Assembly: GCA_900128395.1 (NCBI GenBank)
Contig: LT649347.1
Coordinates: forward strand, 1 to 34,738
Origin: Stramenopiles sp. TOSAG23-2
Taxonomy: Eukaryota
DNA: 34,738 nucleotides
Reading direction: 5' to 3'
The notes under the pieces were generated by a model. That model was not told the origin of the DNA, made no database searches, and was given only the letters and a program-made list of their open reading frames with translations. The position numbers were made by a program, and so were the translations under genes. Positions 10,582 through 22,398 of this stretch are shown here, piece by piece; position 1 is the first letter of the stretch, and each line of letters opens with the position of its first letter.

Positions 10582-11219
10582 TAAAGTGTGTTATTATATA
10601 ATTATTGTCGCCCACGTATAAATGTATAATATATAACAATTATTATATGCATATCAAATTACATTTCTTGGATCAAATATTGTATTTACTATTACATGAG
10701 ACGGTGTCAATTTGTGATGTGTGGAGTGGTAAAAAGAGAGAGATATATTAAACTTCGTATATATTTTAAAAAATCAATTTCTATTTTTTTACAACTAATG
10801 TAATTAGCATACACACAGGACTAGCAATGACAAAATATTCGTACTTATTAGAATACATATGTTATATAGGAAACATAGAAAAACAGAAAGTGCATTTTGA
10901 TAGGAGAAGCAATTGTTGTAGTGTTTGTAATTTAAGTACAGATGTACGTATTTCGCAATAGCATAGACACATCATTGTGACACGAAGCCGGATCGGTTGT
11001 TTTTATCACACAACAAAATCACAATAACATGCACCACCTGAAAATAACACTATGGACTATTGAGATAAATACAGAATAAATAGAATATTCATAAATATAT
11101 GATGTAAAAAATAGAAAGAAAAAGTAGTCGTCACATATGTATATATATATATATATGTATAAAACATTGTATATTTTTATAAAAGGAAAAAACCACGAAA
11201 CATAAAAAACAAAAAAACA

Positions 11220-11987
11220 ATGAACCCAACGGATCCAGTAGAATGGTACATGGAAATACCCATCGTATCTAGAGCATATTTAACTGGTGCATTTTTAACA
11301 ACTGCTGCTTGTGCATTGGATGTCGTCTCGCCATTTTCGTTATATTATAACTATAACGCTATATTCTTTGAAGGGGAAGTATGGCGTCTTGCAACTAATT
11401 TCTTTTTTTTCGGAATGTTTGGAATCGATTTTATCTTTCATATGTTTTTTTTAATGCGTTATTGTCGTTTACTAGAGGAGAATTCATTTAGAGGGCGAAC
11501 TGCAGATTTTATATGTATGATTGGTTTTGGTGCTATTATAATGAGTGCTATGGCAATATTTTTAAGTGTACATTTTTTAAGTAACTCGTTAACGTTTATG
11601 ATGTTATATGTTTGGGGACGACGAAATCCATACGTACGCATGACATTCTTTGGTATTTTAACATTCACCGCGCCTTATTTACCATGGGTAATCTTAGGTT
11701 TCTCTGCTATGGTTGGTAACAATTTAGTCACTGATTTAATTGGTATTGGTGTTGGTCATTTATATTATTTTTTTGAAGACGTATATCCAATAGTAGCTGA
11801 GATACGAGGATGGCGTATTAAACGTTGGTTAGAAGCGCCAGATTTTCTTAAAAGTTTATGTGGTGAATATAGAAATAATATTAATGTAGCAGCAGAAATG
11901 GCAGCAGCAGCATTATTAGGAGAAGCAGATGATGAAAATGATAACAATGTTGTAAATAATAATCAAGTTGTACCAAATGAAGAATAA
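11220..11987 (+). CDS. DER1: Derlin-2-like ERAD membrane protein
   Basis: IPIVSRAY, EVWRLATNFFFFG, YCRLLEENSFRGRTADF, YVWGRRNP, FTAPYLPWV and GHLYYFFEDVYP motifs. Confidence 0.96.
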   Translation: MNPTDPVEWYMEIPIVSRAYLTGAFLTTAACALDVVSPFSLYYNYNAIFFEGEVWRLATNFFFFGMFGIDFIFHMFFLMRYCRLLEENSFRGRTADFICMIGFGAIIMSAMAIFLSVHFLSNSLTFMMLYVWGRRNPYVRMTFFGILTFTAPYLPWVILGFSAMVGNNLVTDLIGIGVGHLYYFFEDVYPIVAEIRGWRIKRWLEAPDFLKSLCGEYRNNINVAAEMAAAALLGEADDENDNNVVNNNQVVPNEE

Positions 11988-12288
11988 TTATGTACATATG
12001 ATATGTTACATGTATACATCAAAAGAGTAGTATACAGGGCAGTGTGTTACACAGAGTACACGACGAAACGAGAATATTGAATTTGAAAAATAATACGAAA
12101 GCGTTCGTATTATGTGTACATGTACACGCGAAAGAGTATTAAAATTTGTACACTACACTGTAGTATCATACAACTGTTATATACAAGTTTTAAGTTTCGC
12201 AAATCGCAGAATATGCACGCGCCGTGAAAAGCACAACCACCCTACCCCGAAACCTCTCTCTCTTTCTCTTCCCTCCTTTCTTGTGTTT

Positions 12289-12672
12289 TTACAATTTGCT
12301 ATTATCAATTCTTCGTCGCATTTCTTTATACATTTCACCTTTTAATATACTTGTACGTGCACCACTTGGACCACGATTAAAAGCATCTGTATTGTCAATT
12401 TTCAATGTCAATAAATTATCAACGCGTTCCTTTTGTTATTTTCATACACCTTCAAATGGGAAATCATGCTTTACGTATGGTTTGACATTATCAGTTACTA
12501 GGTACGTACCGGGTACCATTACACCAGCAATAAAAGCACAACAACAATATATCCAAAACAACAAACAACAACATAACAACCAAAAAAACTTTTCTTTCTT
12601 CTTCTTACTTTTATTTTATTTTTACTTTTTTTGAAAATCATCAAATTTTTTAAATGAACAGGTAAAAAACAT
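12289..12672 (-). other. Cryptic gene or pseudogene: 115-aa single-TM protein if two 18-nt GT-AG segments (12608-12625, 12430-12447) are spliced out
   Basis: One frame runs from ATG 12672 to TAA 12289 with four internal stops, all inside the two 18-nt segments. A GA-rich tract follows the stop, as for neighbouring genes. Confidence 0.45.
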
Positions 12673-12735
12673 TATCGATAGAAGATAAGATTAGATATAA
12701 ACCAATACATAACTATATTTAAAAAAAAATGAAAA

Positions 12736-14475
12736 ATGTCCACAATTCAAAATTTTATAAAACGTCATTATATAAAAATTACCTGTTCTAATACAAGATT
12801 TCACAAATATAATAATAATTATACTAATTATACAAATTACAATTATACCACACGTCAATTTTCCAATAATAATAATTATGCCATGCGTGTATATTTAATA
12901 GCTGGCGAACCATCTGGTGATGTTATTGGTGCAAATTTAATAGAAAGTTTAAAAAAACAAACAAATAATAATAGTATTGAATTCTCTGGTGTTGGTGGTG
13001 AACGTATGATTCAAGCAGGTTTATCTAAATCAATCATTTCAATTGATAATATTGCAGTTATGGGTACTATTGAATTAATTAGTAAAATATATAATTTAAA
13101 TAAATGTGTAAATAATGTTGTTGATGATATTATAGACAACGATCCTGATGTTATTGTAGCAATAGATGCAAAAGGTTTTAATAAAGCCGTTTTAAAACGA
13201 TTATATAAAAAAAAATATGGTAAAGCAGATCGTCAATTATTACAGAACGATTTACCTATATCACCTACTATTATTGGGAAGAAAATATCACCACCACCGC
13301 CTATTGTACAATATGTTGCCCCATCCTATTGGGCATATAAATCATCATCAAAAGATAAACCAAAAGAATTATTAAAACATTTTAATAAAATTTATCATAT
13401 ATTACCATTTGAGGGTGAATTATTAAATGAAAACAATGTTCCAAATCTATATGTTGGTCATTCCGCAGTTGAAGAAATGATGAAATTATTTCATAATAAT
13501 CTTAATAATAATAATAGTAGAAACAATCATAACAACTTCAACAATAATAACAACGATAATAATAATTTTTTATTGCATCTACGAAAGAATATCGATTCAT
13601 ATCGTGAAAATGCTCGAATACGGTTTAAGATTGATGATAATAATAGTATTAATAAAATTGATAAAGTTTTACTATTATTTCCCGGTAGTCGATTACAAGA
13701 AGTTGATAAATCATTGCCATTGATTTACGATATGTTGAAAAATCTTCTTATTAATAATGTTAATGATGACAATATAACACAAAAATACAATGAAAAATGG
13801 ACTATTATCATACCAACATTATCTGTAAATACTCCAGTTGGTAAAAAAGTCGCTGCGTTTGTAAATAATTGGAAACAAAATCATAAAAACATGCCATACA
13901 TAAACAATATAATATATGTAAACAATGATGATGTAGAGATGAAACGAGATTCATTTGCTGCTGCTGATGTTGCAATTGCTATGTCAGGTACCGTTGTTAC
14001 AGAATTAGCATTAGCAAATATTAAAACATTAGTAATTTATCCAGGATCAATGATTACTGGTATGTTAGCAAAACAATTAGCAAAAGTGAAATATGTTTCT
14101 ATTCCTAATATTATGACAAATAGATTATTAATTGATGAATTATTATTTGATAATTGCACAGTTGAAAATTTAACAACAAAAGCAGAATCATTATTGTTTA
14201 ATTTTAATATTAGTAAAGAGAAGGAGGAGGAGGAAGAAGAAGAAGGGAAATCTGATAAAGATAATAATACTATTCTTGATGATTGTTTATTATCATTATT
14301 AAATCATAATTATACAATGGTAGAACATGAAAATAGGAAAATAGTAGAAGGAAACGATGAGGAAGAACAAGAAGAAGAAAAAAAGGATGTTGTTCATTTT
14401 CATTTTCCAAGTGACATTGCTGCAAATGATATATTGAAATTAGGAAATGATTATATATTTCATAATAGAAGATAA
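12736..14475 (+). CDS. lpxB: Lipid-A-disaccharide synthase (GT19), probably mitochondrion-targeted
   Basis: VYLIAGEPSGD, AVMG, QYVAPSYWAY, ILPFE, YVGH, FPGSRLQEV, SGTVVTELAL and YVSIPNI motifs; ~49-aa N-terminal extension without acidic residues. Confidence 0.93.
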   Translation: MSTIQNFIKRHYIKITCSNTRFHKYNNNYTNYTNYNYTTRQFSNNNNYAMRVYLIAGEPSGDVIGANLIESLKKQTNNNSIEFSGVGGERMIQAGLSKSIISIDNIAVMGTIELISKIYNLNKCVNNVVDDIIDNDPDVIVAIDAKGFNKAVLKRLYKKKYGKADRQLLQNDLPISPTIIGKKISPPPPIVQYVAPSYWAYKSSSKDKPKELLKHFNKIYHILPFEGELLNENNVPNLYVGHSAVEEMMKLFHNNLNNNNSRNNHNNFNNNNNDNNNFLLHLRKNIDSYRENARIRFKIDDNNSINKIDKVLLLFPGSRLQEVDKSLPLIYDMLKNLLINNVNDDNITQKYNEKWTIIIPTLSVNTPVGKKVAAFVNNWKQNHKNMPYINNIIYVNNDDVEMKRDSFAAADVAIAMSGTVVTELALANIKTLVIYPGSMITGMLAKQLAKVKYVSIPNIMTNRLLIDELLFDNCTVENLTTKAESLLFNFNISKEKEEEEEEEGKSDKDNNTILDDCLLSLLNHNYTMVEHENRKIVEGNDEEEQEEEKKDVVHFHFPSDIAANDILKLGNDYIFHNRR

Positions 14476-14913
14476 TAAAGATATATAGAAATTTGAAATA
14501 ATTTTATAAATAAATTTTATATTCACATAGGAAAATAAATTAATTAGAATACAAAATAGTATGATAAATAAATTAGTAGAAAGCCGTACGAGAGAGAGAT
14601 GATGGTTAATGTACGTGTGTGTGTTTCTATGAAAAAAAGGGTGACTGTGTTGTTGTTAAAATAACACACATTTTTAAAGAATGTAAAGTATTAGAGGGAA
14701 GAATATCATATAGCTCTATCAATATGTTTTGTCTTGTGTGATTGTAATACATGTGTATACGGCGAAAGAGATCTGTAGTAGAGGTAATTTTTTATTTTGC
14801 CTTCCACGCATATTTTTTTTTTTTCTAGATGTGTGTGGTGTAAAATTTTTTAATTTTTTATCAACTAAATAATATGTTACTATTACAATTATATATATAT
14901 ACTCCTAACAAAA

Positions 14914-15378
14914 TTATGCAACCAATGCAGATGCAGTAGCTGATTCATACTTCCAGTTTGGTGTAACTTGACGAGTGCGTCTGTAATAACGAGCCAAACG
15001 GTGAATTTTCGATTCAACTAAAATTAATCTGAATTTGGCGTCTGTATCTGGGCGATTTTTTTCCAAATGTTTACGGATGGAAACTGCTTTTTTAATTAAA
15101 CAGTACAAATCTTCTGGGATAGCTGGTGCTAAACCATTTTTTTTCAAGATACGAAGGATCTTGCTACCGGTTACGGATCTTACTTGTGGGATACCGTGGG
15201 AATCACGAAGGATAACACCGATTTGGGATGGTGTTAAACCTTTTTTTGCTAACTTGCAACAATGATCTTCAACATCTTGTGGGGATACTACTTTCGTTAA
15301 CCAAGATGGTGGTGATCTTTTGTATGGAAGTGCGGAGGAAGAGATACCCTTTCCAGGGTTTGCTTGCATACGACCCAT
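14914..15378 (-). CDS. RPS13: 40S ribosomal protein S13 (uS15)
   Basis: [29 protein letters not shown] and [18 protein letters not shown]; intronless. Confidence 0.99.
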   Translation of the reverse strand: MGRMQANPGKGISSSALPYKRSPPSWLTKVVSPQDVEDHCCKLAKKGLTPSQIGVILRDSHGIPQVRSVTGSKILRILKKNGLAPAIPEDLYCLIKKAVSIRKHLEKNRPDTDAKFRLILVESKIHRLARYYRRTRQVTPNWKYESATASALVA

Positions 15379-16302
15379 GTTTGTTTAATTATTTATTATA
15401 TATTATATATTCCTTTAAAATGATAATCCAAAATAGACAGACGATATATTCTTGTTGTATATATAGTGTGTTCTAAAGTACTTTGTTCGTGTATAACATA
15501 TTTGTATTATAAATATATATATATTGTCACTATTTTAATGGAATTTCCATGCTAAATAATAAAACCTCTTTTGTATTTTCAATACTGTGTAGTGTTATTA
15601 TAATATATAAATTGACAAATTTATTAAATTGAGTGGTCAATCACTGGCCAGAACATATTCTCCATCCTGTGTCTATAGTAATTTATGGCTTTCTCGGTAT
15701 TACACCTGCTGTGTACCTACTATATGATGGAGAGTGGAAAATGACTGGTATTCTATTTTCCCATTCAAGTATGAATTATTATCATTTGGTAGCGCCGCTA
15801 AGATCTATAATGCTGTGTACATAGTATCTAATGCTGTGTCCCTCGTGTTGTGCCTCGTCTCTCCATCGAGTTCAAAGTTCAAAACAGGTCATAAGTCTTA
15901 TTATATAGGGTATTAGTAGGAATTAATAGTATCCAGGTCGGTAGAGTTTTAGTAAAAACAACAATTTGAATTTGAATTATTTTTTTAACCTTAACCTGGC
16001 AACGCGCAACGACAAAATAAAAACGACGCGTGCATACAAGAATTTAACCTGGACATACTATACTATACAGTAAATAGCACAATATATATCTATATCCAAA
16101 CAAGAAGAAGTTTATTATTTGTTATTTTATTAATTTATATTCAAATTAGAGATGTTGTTGATTTTCAAAGAAAACTATATATAGACGACAAAAGAAAGAA
16201 AGATTTTCAGTATAATTAAACGTGGAAACATATACATTAATAAACTTGTATAATTTATTAGCCAGAACCAATATATACATACAGAAAGAGCAACACATAT
16301 AC

Positions 16303-17157
16303 ATGGGTGTCCTTGTTGTATATGGTAAAGATGGGTGTGAATTCTGTGGTTTGGTTATGGACATTTTAGAAAAATTATTAAATACTATTAAAACGAATGA
16401 ACCAAATATTGATTTAAAAATTAAATTAATTGATTGCCAAGATGGTGCGCGTGCTGCACAGTGTATGAAATTGACAAAGAAAAGAACTGTACCACATATT
16501 TTTTTCAATGAATTGTATATTGGAGATTCGAGTAGATTAATAGCATTAAATAATGAAGATCCACAAGGTTTATATCAACAAGCATTAAATGCAGGAAAAA
16601 TAGAAAGTAATTTTCCACCACCAGCAGAAGCTGCAATGATAAAAGTTACAGAAGATGCTGCTTTTTCTTCACAACCTACGAAAGGACAAGTACAAAATTT
16701 ATTAAATTTTGGTATTAAATCAATGATTAATTTATGTACAAATGATGAATTTCAAGGTGATTTTTCCACAGAGGAAGAATGTAAAGTGGCAAAACAAATT
16801 GGTGTTACATATTTTCATAAACCATTTCATCAAACTTCAAATGATAATTTAGCCAATATAGCAAATGAAATTGTGGAGATAATAAACAATTGTCCAAAAC
16901 CAGTATTAGTCCATTGTGATTCCGGGCGACGTGCATGTTTATTAGTATTATTACAAGCATCACGTGTCATGAAAGCTAATGTAAATAAAATTGGAGAATG
17001 GAGTATAGGTTTAGGACATAATTATTCAGAAAATCCACCATCACCGAAACAATTACCACATTTAAAATCAAAATTTAGAATTAAAGAAGGAAGAGGAGTT
17101 GATTGGATTACAGGATTTTATTCCTATTTAAAATTAGAAGCGTTAGGAAAGCAGTAG
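16303..17157 (+). CDS. Glutaredoxin fused to a DUF442/Blh-like (PTP-fold) sulfurtransferase/phosphatase domain
   Basis: YGKDGCEFC and TVPHIFFNELYIG (Grx); SSQPT, GIKSMINLC and PKPVLVHCDSGRRA (CX4R loop). First ATG is at 16303. Confidence 0.8.
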   Translation: MGVLVVYGKDGCEFCGLVMDILEKLLNTIKTNEPNIDLKIKLIDCQDGARAAQCMKLTKKRTVPHIFFNELYIGDSSRLIALNNEDPQGLYQQALNAGKIESNFPPPAEAAMIKVTEDAAFSSQPTKGQVQNLLNFGIKSMINLCTNDEFQGDFSTEEECKVAKQIGVTYFHKPFHQTSNDNLANIANEIVEIINNCPKPVLVHCDSGRRACLLVLLQASRVMKANVNKIGEWSIGLGHNYSENPPSPKQLPHLKSKFRIKEGRGVDWITGFYSYLKLEALGKQ

Positions 17158-17328
17158 AGAGAGAAAAGAGAAATATTTATATATATTAAACGTATATAGA
17201 GTACTGTATAAAAATATAAGAAAGAGATTTAGAAGCGTTAGGAAAGCAGTAGAGAGAGAAAAGAGAAATATTTATATATATTAAACGTATATAGAGTACT
17301 GTATAAAAATATAATTAAAGAAAGAGAT
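17134..17328. repeat. ~95-bp near-exact tandem duplication spanning the Grx gene stop codon and 3' flank
   Basis: TTAGAAGCGTTAGGAAAGCAGTAGAGAG... starts at 17134 and 17229; the copies differ by a small indel. Confidence 0.9.
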
Positions 17329-17424
17329 TCATTTATATAATATTTAAATTTAAAAAATACCACCCCCCCCTTCATTCACCAAAATAAATGTCCTGCACCC
17401 CGTCTTCTTCTCTTCTCTCTTCCC

Positions 17425-20400
17425 TTATCTACGATTTGGATACAAATCATCTTCAATAAATGCATTGCGAATTTGTGCTAAAAATTCAACTTCTACAGGT
17501 GGTGGCACACCATTCGGTGATTCAATACGACGCTGTAGGATCCTATCCAACGCTTGTTTGCATCGAAATATCGTTGTTGACGTTTTTTGATCACCACGAA
17601 AATAAATCCAATCATCAACACCAAAAAATGGTGGTTTTGTTTCAGCTTTTACTGCATTTTCTACATTTCTTTCATAACGATCACCAACATATGAAATAGT
17701 CCAAGTATTATTACGTTTATCAATATTAAATACATCATCGTGATCTGTTACCCATTTTCGTATACTACCAATGCGTTCTCTGTGTTCTGGGAAATTTCGT
17801 TTTAATAAACCTGATAGTTTAGCCATACCAAAAGTTCCACCTTGTGAAACAATAAAATCTTTAATAAATTGTACAGTTGGGTCTGAATATTGAGGAGTAT
17901 TGCTATTATTACTACTACTAGTATTATTGTTGTTGTTGTTATTATTAACCTGTTTTTGTCCCCAGATATTCCCTTTCGAATCAAATTCTAGAAAACCATC
18001 GTTTCCATCTGAAACACCACCAAATAATAAAATTGGCAAAGGACTAACTTCTGTTGTATCGTATACAAATATACCTCCAACTGTACGTTGCTTATCATAA
18101 TAAACAAGCCATCGATGTTCCCAATTATTGTGAGCAGAATTTACAGAACCTGGATGAGGTGTCACTTTGCCATTGCTTTTGGTAAGGAAAGCGGTTTTGA
18201 ATTTATGTCTTCCCGGATCGACACGAATTAAATTTGGATATAACCCAGCAACTAATACTGCTTTTACTATTCCCCATTCATTGCTTACATCATCCATATC
18301 ATCGTAGTTTTGATAATTTTTATGTTTATTATTATTTTTGCTCTTCTGATTATTATTACGTTGTAAAACTAAACCACTATCCATTAATAATTCACGAAAT
18401 TGTTCTCTCATATCTCTTACCATTCGTAATGTTTGCTCACTTAAAAAGTTTTGCCAACAAAAATCTCTTGATCGCCCGTTTGATTCTGCATATAACCAAT
18501 CATTATATGCTTCTAACACTGCTCTGTGATCGGATGGTTCCCCCTTTGCAAAGGAACGTTTTGCACGATCTGCTTTATCTTTATGCTCCATTGGCATAAG
18601 GAAAGGATTTCGATGACTTAAAATGGCAGTAATAGTTAAAACTGGCTCTAAACAATCAAAAAGTGCAGCATATACCAATGCTTTTCCAATAGCAGGTTCA
18701 AGTGGAAGTGTCGCCAGATGTCTACCAAGTGCTGTCAATTCCTCGTTATGCGCATGTAATGCGCCAATTCGAAATAATTTTGTTAATGCATTTTCCAATG
18801 CAAGATCTTTTGGAGGTGTCAATGCTTTTGAAATAAACTTTTTAATGCCACCTACACCAGGCTCTGCAAGTTTCAACGCGCGAACTTGTAAACATAATTG
18901 TTCTAATGGCGTACGAACTATTTCGGGCAATTGATAATCATCTAAATCTTCCAACTTTGAAGATGGAAACAAATGCCAACATTTACCAGCTTGAACACGA
19001 CCAGCACGTCCCCTACGTTGTTTTGCTGATGCTTTTGAAACCCATGTTGGCAATAAGCATGCTAAATTTGCTTCTTCATCATATGTTTTTTCCTTATGCT
19101 TCCCACAATCAATTACATAGACAACATCGTCAATAGTAATAGATGATTCTGCAATATTTGTAGCAATGACAATTTTTCTTTTTCCATTTGGTGGCTTTTT
19201 AAATATAACACGCTGTTGCGATGTTGGCATAGAACCGTGTAATGGAAACAATGCCCATCGTGATGACCTTCCACTTTTTTGTAGTAATTCATAGCATTTT
19301 TGAATCTCACTAAATCCAGTTAAAAATATCAAAATAGCACCATCCGGTTCCTCCATATCAATTCTTTCTACCATGCTATTCACAACACCATATGGTAATT
19401 CATCTTCATCAAATACTGATAAACTTTGTACAGTTACTTCTGAATAACCTTTTTTTCTTAAATTTTGAAAAAAAAATTGTTGTTTTTGTTTTGCAATTTC
19501 TTCAGGATCCATTTCTGTATTATTATCACTATCATCATTATTATTATTATTATTATTATTACCGGATGATAATTTGCTGTCATTGTCATTTTTAAATCGT
19601 TTTGATACAGATTTTTTACCATATTTTTTATTTCCGAAACCTCTACGGCGTCTACCACCACGACCTCGTCCACCCCCACGATTGTTATTTCTACCTGCTC
19701 CGCCATTTTGTGGATTTTGATTCAAATCATATTTTGTCCATTCCAATGCATCTTCTAAGAAATGATCCTCAACTGGAAAGGTAAAACCTGGTATATGCAC
19801 TTTTGGTACATTATTCATTGTTGATACGGAATTGTTAAAATACGTTGCAAATGTATCCGCATTTAATGTTGCAGACATTAAAACAATACGTAAATCGGTA
19901 CGTATCTTTAGTAAATCTCGTAATACTATTAGTAAAAAATCAGATTCAATATTTCTTTCATGTACTTCATCAAGAACAATATGGCTAACACCAATTAATG
20001 ATGGATCTACTTGTAATCGTCGAAGTAAAATTCCATTTGTACAATACAAAAGCCTTGTATTACTTGATGTTCTACGTTCTAATCGTATTTGATATCCAAC
20101 AAATCCAGTGCCAACTTTTTCACACATTTCATCTGATACTCGTTCAGCAACTCCTATTGCACTAATACGACGTGGTTGCGTACAAATAATATTGCATAAA
20201 TGGCCACGGCCGTTCATAATTTCATTTTCTAATATTAATTGTGGAACTTGCGTTGTTTTACCACATCCAGTCTCACCAGAAATAACCACAACTTGATTAT
20301 TTGCTATCGTTTCCACAACAGAATTGCCATTTTTAAATGCAGGCAAACGTTTTCTTTGTTTTAACATATTTTGATATTCAGCACTATTTTTTTTATTAAT

Positions 20401-20935
20401 AAATTCATTTTTCATATTTGCAATATCTTCCTGTGAAAGATTCCTATTATCATTATTATTATTCCATTGTCTTCGCTTTGCATTTTTATTTGTGTCCATA
20501 CTATTATTATTATTATTATTATCTTGACTATTATTATTCGGATCAAATCGCTTTTTTTTGCCGCTGCCTTTTGAATTACTTTCTAAATTTTGTAATACCT
20601 TTGTTAATGAGGTTTCTAATTGTTTAGAGAGCCAGAATACTTCCGGGTCAGTATCGCGTAATTTAACTTTTAACTTGCGAAGTTTTTCTGCCTTCTTTTC
20701 TTCTTCGGTTAATTCCTTGATCTGTGTATTTGAGACATCATTAATACCAGCAACTTGTAATATTGCTTGGTCTGCTTCTCTTTTTTCTTTATTTCGTTTT
20801 TCATGATATTCTTCACGTTCCAATTGATATTTTGGATCTGATTTTCTTGCTTCACGTTCTTCATATGATAAACCATATAATTCCCTTTGTGGATGGCCTT
20901 TTGGTAAATGTTTTCTCCAATCATATCCACCTCTA

Positions 20936-20969
<34 letters not shown>

Positions 20970-21183
20970 CACCACCTCGTCTGTTTCCACCACGGCCACG
21001 GCCACGTCCTCTTCCACCACCACCTCGCCTATTTCCACCTCTTCCATTGCCTCTTCCACCACCTCTTCCTCTCCTATTTCCATTATATCCTCCACCGCGC
21101 CTGTTACCACCACCACTACCACCACGCCTATTGCCACCACCACTACCACCACGACTTCGATTGTTGTTGAAAAATGATGCCAT
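17425..21183 (-). CDS. DHX36: DEAH/RHA RNA helicase, DHX36-like, with RGG-rich N-terminus
   Basis: GETGCGKTTQ, TQPRRISA, DEVHER, MSAT, ATNIAESSITIDDV, QRRGRAGRV and DYQLPEIVRTPLEQLCLQ motifs; HA2 and OB regions. Paralog assignment (versus DHX57/DHX29) is tentative. Confidence 0.88.
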
Positions 21184-21772
21184 GTTTGGGTTAATTTTTT
21201 TTATCTGAAATGTATTTATTTATTTATACATATGTGTGTGTGTGTGTGTGTATGTATTGATTTTCTAAATAAATATAAAGAAGAGTGTTTATATGTGTGA
21301 ATGTGGTGGTGAAAAATTTTGTACTTAAAACGTAAATAGTAGTTACATGATAGGAATGAGAATTTCCTAAAAATTAATATTATTCCGATAAGTTCCGAAA
21401 GTTATCCAAATGAACATTAATAATGATTATAGTTTATATCATTTATGGAATAATTCGCAAATAAAATTTGGTCCGCCATTGATTTTTGCACATTTCGGTT
21501 AAAAAAGGCCACAGGAAGCCGCAGCACCAAATTTAAATTAAAATAATTATTCGGTGCACCAACTTTTAAATTTTGTGTTTTTACCTTGGTATGTGGTGCG
21601 TATGTGCGTATCCAATATTAATAGGCAAAATAAAATAAAAAATAATTATTAAAATATTAAAATAGATTGATAGGTGGGAGAACACGACATGGGAAGGAAA
21701 TAGAAAACATATAAATAGTAAAATGTATATCCAATTTATATCACTTATCAATCATCAACAAAAAAGAAATAA

Positions 21773-22169
21773 TATATCATCATAGAAGAAGATTTAGAAG
21801 AGCTTGGTTTAAGTGGATTTCAACGACACCAATTTAAAAAAGCAGTAACGAACGTGAAGAAGAAAAAGAAGACACAGCAAAACGACGACAATAATAGCAC
21901 GACGACTAATGATGATATTGTTGGTAATGATGGAAATAATAATAATAATAACGATGAAGAGAGCAGTAAAAATGTCATGAAAAAGAAAAAAAACGATGAA
22001 CAAAAAGAGAAGAAGACTACTCCTAAAGATGCTGATTAACAAATGAACATGATGTGGTGAAGAAGAAAGAAGAGATAAATCATTATTACGACCTCGTACA
22101 AAATCAACGACTACGCATGATGTAGAAAAAAATGTACTGATGGAGGGGTATGAAGTTCCTCATTCTTGA
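21773..22169 (+). pseudogene. Degraded gene fragment: C-terminal half of a SAM-like domain plus Asn/Lys-rich linker
   Basis: IEEDLEELGLSGFQRHQFKKAV resembles SAM helices 4-5. It is preceded by an in-frame TAA with no ATG, and protein-like text continues in shifted frames after TAA 22039. Confidence 0.45.
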
Positions 22170-22240
22170 GGTAGCTACTCTGTATAAAGCGCGTACATAA
22201 ATAAACTAAATGTATAGCTATGATATATACGGCTTGAAAG

Positions 22241-22398
22241 TTGAAAGTAAAGTGCATTTTATATTATGCATACACATTTATACCAATAAATATACGAGTG
22301 TATAAGAGCGTGTATTAAATTAAAAATATCACAAAACACCGCACACTACTATTATTATACGAACTTCGTATTTTAATATTATATAATACGAATTCGTA
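22241..22398 (+). repeat. Degenerate direct repeat, left copy (partner at 25434-25597)
   Basis: Shared ordered blocks TTGAAAGTA, GTGCATTTT, TACACATTTATA, TACCAATAAA, GAGTGTATAA, AATTAAAAATATCACAA and ATACGAATTCGTA. Confidence 0.8.

Noticed and set aside
12224-12634. 136-aa plus-strand ORF
   Set aside because: GTG start and no recognisable features; the minus-strand frame looks more protein-like.
12289-12672. Stop-codon reassignment as an explanation of the internal stops
   Set aside because: TAA, TAG and TGA all terminate conserved genes here, and long genes have no internal stops.
15633-15916. Two short ORFs or a possible ncRNA between RPS13 and the Grx gene
   Set aside because: Non-ATG starts, no motifs and no convincing RNA structure.
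20709-21177. Ala/Thr-, His- and Val-rich ORFs over the helicase 5' end
   Set aside because: Shadow frames of the Gly/Arg-rich GGN repeat region.
22356-22371. loxP-like sequence TATACGAACTTCGTAT
   Set aside because: Only partial arms with no 8-bp spacer and no recombinase nearby.
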